Source: a virus. From it: a stretch of DNA of 64,000 nucleotides. The position numbers were made by a program, and so were the translations under genes. Under the pieces are notes generated by a model. The model did no database searches. It was given only the letters and a program-made list of their open reading frames with translations, and was not told the origin of the DNA. The DNA is taken from positions 22,751-86,750 of IMG/VR virus record IMGVR_UViG_3300043411_002463. The stretch is one strand, 5' to 3'. Shown piece by piece: positions 51,783 through 59,898 of this stretch (position 1 is the first letter of the stretch; every line of letters starts with the position of its first letter).

Positions 51783-52430
51783 ATGCATTCTAGAATAGAG
51801 AAGTTTAATTCTTATCTACAACAATCCTACAAATTTGATATAAAACAAAAATCAGAATCTTATTTAATGACTATACTAAATAAGATTTTGTTTTTCATGA
51901 ATTTTAATCAATTTATTACTACAATAAATACTACAATTTATATTCCAGAAAAAGAATTGTTAGAACGTGAAAAGTTTATAATAACAATTGCCCATGAATT
52001 TAGACATATTTATGATTCTAAGCGTGATAAGTTGTTTAAATTCAAATACTTATTCCCACAAATAATGTTTTTGTTTTTTGCATTATTAATACCTTTGTCC
52101 TGGTGGTTTTTATTACCAGCATTCTTTTGTCTAGCACCTTTACCAGCTTATTGGCGAATGAAATATGAATTAGAAGGTTATACAATGAGTTTGTTTGTTC
52201 ATAACTTATTTATGAAAGAACAAAACATGACAGAAAATAACAGATTTCTTTTATTAAAAGATTATGCAGAAGAATATAATAAACATTTTGTAACTTTTAA
52301 TTATTATTTAATGTGGATTTTTGGTGTTAAAAAACAGTTAAATAATAATATTGAAAAGATTTTAGATGGCTCTTTAGAGCAAGAAGAGATTTACTCTATA
52401 ATTTCAAGTGCATTTAAAAAATCTGTTTGA
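51783..52430 (+). CDS. Membrane-associated zinc metallopeptidase-like protein
   Basis: IAHEFRH (HExxH), a hydrophobic hairpin, then ELEGY as the third ligand. Confidence 0.6.
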   Translation: MHSRIEKFNSYLQQSYKFDIKQKSESYLMTILNKILFFMNFNQFITTINTTIYIPEKELLEREKFIITIAHEFRHIYDSKRDKLFKFKYLFPQIMFLFFALLIPLSWWFLLPAFFCLAPLPAYWRMKYELEGYTMSLFVHNLFMKEQNMTENNRFLLLKDYAEEYNKHFVTFNYYLMWIFGVKKQLNNNIEKILDGSLEQEEIYSIISSAFKKSV

Positions 52431-52472
52431 TATATCCTTAGTTAGGGTTTAACTAGGTAAGGATAATTAAAT

Positions 52473-53675
52473 ATGATTTATGAATTGGGTATTATTGGAG
52501 CTGGTGTTGCTGGTTGTGTTTCAGCATTAAGAGTACAAGAAAAATATAAACAAAAAACAATCATATTTGATATTGGACATGCGTTTGCTAAACGAAGACG
52601 TCAAATTGAAGGCGCTCTCGGTTGTTTCCCGACTGGTGATGGTAAATTATACTTATCAGATTTAGAACAATTTTCTGCAACTGATGGTCGATCTTTGCGC
52701 TCTGTAAAAGATTGGGTTTTCAATACTTGGAAACTAGTAGGTCCTAATAAAGTTACTAAAGATAAATTACCATCCAATTCAATGCAAAAATTTTTAGCTG
52801 ATAATAATTTTACCATTCAGCTTAACGATTTTATTCAATGGAAGCCCGAAAGCGTACATAATTTTAGCAAACTTTTAGTTAAAGAGTTTGAAGAATCTCA
52901 ATATTTAACATTTAAATTTGATACTATTGTTGGTAAGATTATGAAAAAGAAAGGCATCTTTCACGTATTTACTGATAATGGAGATTATCAATGTAAAAAT
53001 ATTATTTTAGCAACAGGCAGGAGTGGTTTTAGATGGGTTACTGATTTTGCTAAAGAAATTGGTTTAACTGTTGAAGATAATTTATGTACATTTGGTGTTA
53101 AGTTTGAAATTTCAAAACAATACGTAAAAGATTTAAAAGAATGTTTTAACACTTGGTCCTCACAAGATGAACAAATTGGACCATTGAGTTGGAATGGAAC
53201 TATAATTCCAGAAGATCATGCCGATTTAGTCAATGCGTCTTTTAGATCTAATGAAGATCGTTGGAAATCTGAAAAATTATCTTTTAATTATTTCAAGTCT
53301 ATAGAGGCTAATGGAGATGGTGTATCTCAAACTGAAAGAATAGGAAAGTTAACATATTTATTATTTAATGATAGGGTAAGTAAAGAAAAAATTAAAGTAT
53401 ATCAAAAGAAACAAAGTCAGTTAAATATATTGCCAGAGTATAATTGGTTAGATGGAGTAATAGAAAAGCTATCAGAAATAATTCCAGACTTTAAACAAAA
53501 AGCCAATTATCATGTGCCTAACATATTAACAATGCCTGCTAAAATTAAATTAAAACCAAACTTTGAATCAGAGTTAGAAGGTTTATATGTGGTCGGCGAA
53601 AACGCCAAGTTACATGGTATAGTAGGAGCTGCTATTTCAAGTGTAATCGCAACAGACGCTATCTTTAAGGAATAA
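52473..53675 (+). CDS. FAD-dependent oxidoreductase
   Basis: IIGAGVAG, DGKL, ILATGRSG, GLYVVGE. Confidence 0.75.
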   Translation: MIYELGIIGAGVAGCVSALRVQEKYKQKTIIFDIGHAFAKRRRQIEGALGCFPTGDGKLYLSDLEQFSATDGRSLRSVKDWVFNTWKLVGPNKVTKDKLPSNSMQKFLADNNFTIQLNDFIQWKPESVHNFSKLLVKEFEESQYLTFKFDTIVGKIMKKKGIFHVFTDNGDYQCKNIILATGRSGFRWVTDFAKEIGLTVEDNLCTFGVKFEISKQYVKDLKECFNTWSSQDEQIGPLSWNGTIIPEDHADLVNASFRSNEDRWKSEKLSFNYFKSIEANGDGVSQTERIGKLTYLLFNDRVSKEKIKVYQKKQSQLNILPEYNWLDGVIEKLSEIIPDFKQKANYHVPNILTMPAKIKLKPNFESELEGLYVVGENAKLHGIVGAAISSVIATDAIFKE

Positions 53676-53677
53676 TA

Positions 53678-54007
53678 ATGGACGATGACGCAATAAATTC
53701 TTCTGATGTAAGAAATTTTTCTTATCATTTAAAAAAAGCAAGCAATGAATTATTTAAAGATGATGATGCTAAAATAGTTCCAAAACTATACAGAATTAAA
53801 AGAAAATTCTCCAAGAAAAATGGTGAAGAGTGGAACATTTTAGAAAACAACGAACTAGTTTTAAAAATTCAAGAATATAGATTGAATAATGATGAAAAGT
53901 CTTTTTTAAGAACAGCAACTGGAATTCAACAGCTATTGACGTGGGTTAAGCAAGGTGTTAGATCAGTATCTAAGATAAAAGATTTGATTAAGGAAAATCT
54001 TGAATGA
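53678..54007 (+). CDS. Hypothetical protein
   Basis: 109-aa ORF in operon context. Confidence 0.55.
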   Translation: MDDDAINSSDVRNFSYHLKKASNELFKDDDAKIVPKLYRIKRKFSKKNGEEWNILENNELVLKIQEYRLNNDEKSFLRTATGIQQLLTWVKQGVRSVSKIKDLIKENLE

Positions 54008-54186
54008 TTATTTATAAAGGAATAGAGAATAAAAATAATGTTAAATTTTTATTATTTGAAATGAATGATAAAAAAATATCTATTCCTATAGATTCTCTTA
54101 CTGCAGATAGAATTACAAAATATTTATCAAAATTAATACATAAACCCAACCAATTAGAACATTATGTGGAGGAACAAGATGAGTGA
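54004..54186 (+). CDS. Hypothetical protein
   Basis: 60-aa ORF, ATGA-coupled. Confidence 0.5.
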   Translation: MIIYKGIENKNNVKFLLFEMNDKKISIPIDSLTADRITKYLSKLIHKPNQLEHYVEEQDE

Positions 54187-54832
54187 TTCCTATGTAGTCT
54201 ATGTAACAGATACTGAAACAACTGGATTAACTCTAGATCATGAGATTATAGAGTTATCTTTATTAAGAATTAAAATCGACACCAATTTTGTAAAATTTGA
54301 TGTTGATCAAAAGACATGGCTTATTAAAGCTTTAAATCCTACAATTATAGAAGATGAAGCTTTAGCAGTTAACGGACATAAAAGAGAAGATATTCTACAC
54401 TTATCTCAATATGGCAAAGATAATTATTTACATCCAAGCGATGCTATTCCTCAAATGGAACTTTGGATTTTAGATGATGATGCATCAGCAATGGATAGAG
54501 TTTTTGCAGGACATAATTGTTCTTTCGATCATGATCGTATGAAAAAAATGTGGGAGCGACAAGACTCTAAAGAGACTTTTCCATTTGATTGTAATAAAGG
54601 AAACAGGCTATTAGATACAAAACAACTTGCTTTGTGGGTTGATCTTTGTTGTGGACGAAGAAGAACTAGATATGATTTATCTGGTTTGGTTAAAGCATTT
54701 AATATCAAAAAAGAAAAAGCCCACAGAGCAGATGCAGATACAAGAATGACAGCAGAATTAATTATTAAATTTCTTTCTGAGTTAGGTCCAAGTGTCAGAG
54801 AGAAATTTGCAGAGTGTTATATTGAACAGTGA
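54179..54832 (+). CDS. DEDDh 3'-5' exonuclease (DnaQ-like)
   Basis: DTETTG (ExoI), GHNCSFD (ExoII), AHRADAD (ExoIII); GGAGG upstream of the ATG at 54179. Confidence 0.88.
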   Translation: MSDSYVVYVTDTETTGLTLDHEIIELSLLRIKIDTNFVKFDVDQKTWLIKALNPTIIEDEALAVNGHKREDILHLSQYGKDNYLHPSDAIPQMELWILDDDASAMDRVFAGHNCSFDHDRMKKMWERQDSKETFPFDCNKGNRLLDTKQLALWVDLCCGRRRTRYDLSGLVKAFNIKKEKAHRADADTRMTAELIIKFLSELGPSVREKFAECYIEQ

Positions 54833-55743
54833 AAATATTATATTGTTTAGCTGATAGAAATAGCTCAATATTAACTGCAAAACAGGCATTGCCTCATTTA
54901 CATAAACATGAAGTGAGGTTTTTTGGCTTTCTTAATCAAAGAAAAAAGATAAATCTCAGTTGGTGTGGAGATTTGTTCTATGCTCCCAATGGAACTAATG
55001 AGTCTTATTTTAAAAAGCAATTAAATATCTCTGGGATCTGTAGATTACCACACCTTACTGAAAGTAAGTTTAATCTTTTATTAGAAACCATTAAAATTTA
55101 TAATCCTGATTTGATACTATCAGATAACAACAATTTGGGAAATTTAATTGGTCATTTTGGAAATATAAAAACTTTAGATTTTTCTGGAATGAATGCCTAT
55201 AACAGTTTAAATTATGAAACTAGATTTTATAATGGATATTTGTATTACTATTTCCGAAATCTAAATCAATTTCGACCAACAAACATTGCTGCTTACAGTC
55301 CTTTCTACGTATTAAACAATGCTTTTAAAGAAGATTTAGTTTGGATTAAACCATATGGAATTAACGCTCCGATAACCAATCAAGAAATATCTCATATATC
55401 TAGCAGGGTGATATTAAATAACTGGTTTAAAGAATTAAATGTTCCATATGGGATTGGAGATAGAATGTTTGTTTCAGCTGAGACAGAAAATATAACTCAA
55501 GCCGTAGAAATGAATAAAAAATTATATTTAATGCCTGATTTTTCTGATATTGAAACAGTATGCAACACTGCAATATTATTACTTTATTATTTTGCGGTTA
55601 ATATTGGACAAACAGAATTAATGAAAAAACATGGATTAAATTTGATTATTAATTTAATGAATAAAAGTTATCCAAACATTGATTATATTCAAGATATACA
55701 AAAAATACCTTTAACTTTAGATAAATACCTGGAGACCTTATGA
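54829..55743 (+). CDS. Divergent GT-B-like protein
   Basis: MKILY...HEVRF...PDLILSD...ETVCN resembles GT28/MJ1255-like proteins. Confidence 0.4.
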   Translation: MKILYCLADRNSSILTAKQALPHLHKHEVRFFGFLNQRKKINLSWCGDLFYAPNGTNESYFKKQLNISGICRLPHLTESKFNLLLETIKIYNPDLILSDNNNLGNLIGHFGNIKTLDFSGMNAYNSLNYETRFYNGYLYYYFRNLNQFRPTNIAAYSPFYVLNNAFKEDLVWIKPYGINAPITNQEISHISSRVILNNWFKELNVPYGIGDRMFVSAETENITQAVEMNKKLYLMPDFSDIETVCNTAILLLYYFAVNIGQTELMKKHGLNLIINLMNKSYPNIDYIQDIQKIPLTLDKYLETL

Positions 55744-56351
55744 AATTAGTTGCGTTTGATATTGGCAATGTTCTTGTTGATGTAAATTTTGAGCCATTTG
55801 TTGATTATTTAAAAACATATATAGAAGAACCATTGTTTTGGTTGGATACAATTCATGCATTGCATGATGTTGGACATATTTCAATGAAACAAGCATTCGC
55901 TTCTAAAAAAGAACTAAAAGAGTATGTTCCAAATTTATTGGAAGCTTGGTCACAGGTTGTTGTACCAAAAGAAGATATGGTTAATTTTGCTTTAGAATTG
56001 CAATTATCTAAAAAACATAAATTTGCATTATGGTCTAACATGGGAATTGAACATTACACCTATTTAAAAAACCACGAGAAAATGAATAAAATTTTTAATA
56101 AATTTATTAATCATTTAAGTTTTCAAGTAGGCGCAAGAAAGCCAACCAAATTGTTTTATCAAAGTTTCAATTATCAATACCCATACTTTACAGATATTTT
56201 ATTTATAGATGACTTGGAAGCAAATCTAAATCATAATTGGATTGATTATTCTTTACCAGAACATATTATTTACAGTACAATTAAATTTGATGAAACAGAT
56301 ATAGAATCATCTCAAAGAGAGATTGAAATTATTCTTGGAAAATATCTCTAA
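55740..56351 (+). CDS. HAD-superfamily hydrolase
   Basis: FDIGNVLVD, WSN, GARKP, FIDD. Confidence 0.8.
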   Translation: MKLVAFDIGNVLVDVNFEPFVDYLKTYIEEPLFWLDTIHALHDVGHISMKQAFASKKELKEYVPNLLEAWSQVVVPKEDMVNFALELQLSKKHKFALWSNMGIEHYTYLKNHEKMNKIFNKFINHLSFQVGARKPTKLFYQSFNYQYPYFTDILFIDDLEANLNHNWIDYSLPEHIIYSTIKFDETDIESSQREIEIILGKYL

Positions 56352-57612
56352 ATAAATAAGGATTACCTTTCCAAAGACTTTGAATGTGTTGATCACCCAA
56401 ACTACCAGGTCTATTATCTACGTAATAAGGAGTCTTAGCATCTTCTCCACCATACATTTGAATAATTTCTAAACCACCATCTTTAACTTCTGATTTTGGT
56501 GCAAAGCCATATTGTTCAAATTCTTTCTGATCTTTTATTGGTTGTCTTTGTAGACCAAGTTGATTTATAATGTAATCTGCAGTTTGAGTTGTACTTGTAT
56601 AACTTGGTTTAATTGCAGTATGAATTATTTTAAATTTTTTATTCTTATCTTTTTGAGCTTCTTTAGCATAATCAACAATAGCTTTCATTCTAGGATCATT
56701 AACATCCACATGCAAGCCATCATTAATAACTACGCCATCAATGCCACCAGGTATTTTATCTCTATTAGCAACCATATTAGCTACTACAGAGCCACCACCA
56801 GAAAAGCCCGACACTACTAAACTTTTCTTATGAACTTTTTTATCTGGGAATTGTTTTTGTAAATGACTTATTATTGAAGATACAATTTCATTTAATTTAT
56901 TAACATCACCAAATTGTTGTTGCAATAATGCTGAACCTTTGTTTTTTTCTTTTGGTCCACTTGCTTCCAAAGTTACAACTACAGCATTAGCTCCGCCAAA
57001 ATTCTTAGATACTAATTTAGGGTCTCCACTTACTCCTCTAAAGTTAATAATTATATTAACTCCACCATCATTTCCAACAGCATTCTTGTTCATAAAGACG
57101 CCAGCAGAACCAACGTTTGTTAAGGGAACAAATTTGTTTTCATCTTTTCCTGCTTTTAGTTTATTTTGAACATAAGAAGTTAAGATACCAGATTCAGCAG
57201 CAGCTTTAATTAAGTTTAATTCATTTTCAAATGAAAGACTTTCAATTGAATACATTCCATATTGATAAGACCTATCAATGCTATTGTCATTATAATATCC
57301 ATGAGGAAAAGTATTAACACCTTCCATTTGAATACCAGCAAAAGGTCTATCAAATAATGGAGAGCTATGTGGCATTTTGGAATTTAAATCTTCATAGTTA
57401 CAATTAACATAATCGTTTAATTTTCCATTATAGTATTTACATGGCTTGTTATCTATAATGGAATTAACAAAACTAATATTATCATTAAAGTTATCTGGGT
57501 CTTTATCTAAAGAATCAATAGAATTACCAACCTTACAACAATCTGAAGGAATATTTAATCCAAAAGGACAGCTATTGCTTTTATTTGATCGTAAGATTGC
57601 TAATTTTCTCAT
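56329..57612 (-). CDS. Alpha/beta-hydrolase-fold protein with Cys-rich N-terminal domain
   Basis: VVSGFSGGG nucleophile elbow, INDGLH, C-terminal DQH. Confidence 0.6.
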   Translation of the reverse strand: MRKLAILRSNKSNSCPFGLNIPSDCCKVGNSIDSLDKDPDNFNDNISFVNSIIDNKPCKYYNGKLNDYVNCNYEDLNSKMPHSSPLFDRPFAGIQMEGVNTFPHGYYNDNSIDRSYQYGMYSIESLSFENELNLIKAAAESGILTSYVQNKLKAGKDENKFVPLTNVGSAGVFMNKNAVGNDGGVNIIINFRGVSGDPKLVSKNFGGANAVVVTLEASGPKEKNKGSALLQQQFGDVNKLNEIVSSIISHLQKQFPDKKVHKKSLVVSGFSGGGSVVANMVANRDKIPGGIDGVVINDGLHVDVNDPRMKAIVDYAKEAQKDKNKKFKIIHTAIKPSYTSTTQTADYIINQLGLQRQPIKDQKEFEQYGFAPKSEVKDGGLEIIQMYGGEDAKTPYYVDNRPGSLGDQHIQSLWKGNPYLFRDIFQE

Positions 57613-58190
57613 GATTTAGTTTGTAATCCGTGAAAATAATCTGTATTAGCTGGGTCGTTTTCTATATTTGTTTCTGATTGACCCAAGTTATTATTGGTTT
57701 GAATTTTTGGATATCTAGATTGAGATTCTAACAACAAATGACTTATATATTTAATGAAGTTTTCATCATGAATGTCATTGTTTGTCAAGCCATCATTTTT
57801 AAAGTTTCTAATTAACTCATATTGTAAAGCAGGAATTGTTATGTTGCCATGAAAAGATTCAATTTTGTTTTTGATAAAGTTAAATACCTTTTCTTTCAAT
57901 ACTGGATTATTTTGTAAGATATTATTAAATTGCAATACTGCATTTTTAATGTTGTCAAGAGATTCGGTATCTTTGGATACTTTGTCTAGTCCTAGACGGG
58001 CAGCATAATCATTGACCTTTTCCTGGACTGTGTTGAAACTTTTTTTGCCCCCGACGATGGCAGCGATTTGATCATAATAGTTCTGACTGTTATCTGTTGG
58101 GTAGGCTTGCTTGCTGTAATCTTCAGCAAATTGTTCAAGCCAATCTATAGTAGAATTACTATTATCTGAATAAAAACCACGTTTAGTCAT
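57609..58190 (-). CDS. Hypothetical protein
   Basis: 193-aa ORF with SD GAGGT; ATGA overlap with the hydrolase gene. Confidence 0.6.
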   Translation of the reverse strand: MTKRGFYSDNSNSTIDWLEQFAEDYSKQAYPTDNSQNYYDQIAAIVGGKKSFNTVQEKVNDYAARLGLDKVSKDTESLDNIKNAVLQFNNILQNNPVLKEKVFNFIKNKIESFHGNITIPALQYELIRNFKNDGLTNNDIHDENFIKYISHLLLESQSRYPKIQTNNNLGQSETNIENDPANTDYFHGLQTKS

Positions 58191-58242
58191 AAATATATAC
58201 CTCGTATATTATGCAAAATTATAACATTTTTAGAGAAAAAAC

Positions 58243-59349
58243 ATGAAACTACCTACTTTATATGCAAGAAGTTCAACTGGCGCTCAACTTCAATGGGAAA
58301 TAGAAATAGAAGATAATAAATTCCATTCTATTTCAGGTCAAATTGATGGTCAATTAACAACATCCAATTGGACAGTTTGTGCTGGCAAGAATTTAGGGAA
58401 AGCTAATGCAACCAGTCCAGAACAACAAGCTCAAAAAGAAGCAGAAGCCTTGTGGAAAAAGAAAAAAGATTCTGGATATTTTGAATCTTTATCCGAAATT
58501 GATTCAGAAATCTTCACAGAACCAATGTTAGCTAAAAATTATGAAGATTATAAAGATAAATTGTCTTTTCCAATATTTAGCCAACCTAAATTAGATGGTA
58601 TTAGATGTGTTGTTAAAAAGACAGGTATGTGGTCTAGAAATGGTAAGGAAATTAAATCAGCGCCACATATTTACCAGATTTTATCTCAATTATTTACAGA
58701 AAATCCAAATCTAATCTTAGATGGAGAGCTGTATTGTGATAAGTTATTTAATAACTTTAACAAAATTTGTTCTTTAGTAAAGAAAATGAAACCAACGAAT
58801 GAAGATATTAAAGAATCTGAATCTACCATTCAATATTGGATTTATGATATTGTCGATCCAAAGTTATCTTTCTTAGAAAGAAATAAGAAAGTTAACGAAA
58901 TTGTTACAAAATTAAACAATAGTTCAATTAAATATGTTGAAACAGAAAAGGTAGAGTCATTATCTACTTTAGATTCATTGTATGAAAAATATGTTCAAGA
59001 TGGATTTGAAGGACAAATGGTTAGATTGAATAAAGTTTATGAAAACAAAAGAAGCAAATCTCTCTTAAAAAGAAAAGAATTTCAAGATCAAGAATTTATT
59101 ATTCTAGACATTATTGAGGGCAAGGGTAACAAGACAGGTATGGCAGGAGCTTGTTTATTTAAAAATGCTCAAGGAATAGAATTTAATTCAAATATTAAGG
59201 GCGACTTTGAATATTTGAAAGAAATATGGAATAATAAGGTTAAATATATAGGAAAACAGGCAACAGTTAAATATTTCAATTTAACACCAGAAGATCAGGT
59301 TCCTCGTTTTCCGTATGTCATTGCTATTGACAGAGCAAGTTACGAGTGA
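58243..59349 (+). CDS. lig: ATP-dependent DNA ligase
   Basis: PMLA, QPKLDGIR (KxDG), LDGELY, IYD, FEGQM, LLKRK, PRFP. Confidence 0.92.
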   Translation: MKLPTLYARSSTGAQLQWEIEIEDNKFHSISGQIDGQLTTSNWTVCAGKNLGKANATSPEQQAQKEAEALWKKKKDSGYFESLSEIDSEIFTEPMLAKNYEDYKDKLSFPIFSQPKLDGIRCVVKKTGMWSRNGKEIKSAPHIYQILSQLFTENPNLILDGELYCDKLFNNFNKICSLVKKMKPTNEDIKESESTIQYWIYDIVDPKLSFLERNKKVNEIVTKLNNSSIKYVETEKVESLSTLDSLYEKYVQDGFEGQMVRLNKVYENKRSKSLLKRKEFQDQEFIILDIIEGKGNKTGMAGACLFKNAQGIEFNSNIKGDFEYLKEIWNNKVKYIGKQATVKYFNLTPEDQVPRFPYVIAIDRASYE

Positions 59350-59403
59350 TATAGTAATGGTAAACCAAATTAATCACAACCCAAAACACAAAAGGAGAAA
59401 AAT

Positions 59404-59805
59404 ATGAATAAAATTAATACCTTATCTTTATTTGACCCATTTTTTGGAGTTTATTCTGATGATTTTCTTGGTAAAAGAAAATTAAAGAATGTTGATGGAA
59501 ACAAAGTTTCTTCATATTCATTTAAAGAATCAAATGATGAGTATATTCTTAAATTGCCATTGCCTGGCTTTAAACAAGAAGAAATAGATATTTCTTTAGA
59601 AAATGAATCTTTGTTAATCAAGGCATCTTCAACCAATCCAGAATATACAATGAGTTCTTCATTTAGTTATGAATATGGACTTTATCCAACAATGGATAAA
59701 AGTAAGATAAATGCAGATTTTCAAAATGGTATGCTTCTTATTTCCATTAAGAAGATTGTGGAAAATAAAGAAGTAATTAAAATACCTATAAAAAGTTTAA
59801 AGTAA
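59404..59805 (+). CDS. Small heat-shock protein (Hsp20)
   Basis: LPGFKQEEIDISLE and INADFQNGMLLISI (alpha-crystallin domain); SD AAGGAG. Confidence 0.85.
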   Translation: MNKINTLSLFDPFFGVYSDDFLGKRKLKNVDGNKVSSYSFKESNDEYILKLPLPGFKQEEIDISLENESLLIKASSTNPEYTMSSSFSYEYGLYPTMDKSKINADFQNGMLLISIKKIVENKEVIKIPIKSLK

Positions 59806-59849
59806 ACTCCTAATGAATAATTCTCCTCCTATTATTTTTAGTTGAGTTG

Positions 59850-59884
59850 AAAGGGGGTGGGATATTTCCCACCTCTTTATTTTT
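59850..59884 (+). terminator. Terminator-like hairpin
   Basis: AAAGGGGGTGGGA-TATT-TCCCACCTCTTT followed by a T-rich tract, downstream of hsp20. Confidence 0.7.
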
Positions 59885-59898
59885 GTGAAAGGAAAAAT

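Noticed and set aside
59857-59898. GTG start extending the GuaC/GuaB-like gene
   Set aside because: It falls inside a terminator hairpin; the ATG at 59899 has an SD sequence and matches the family N-terminus.
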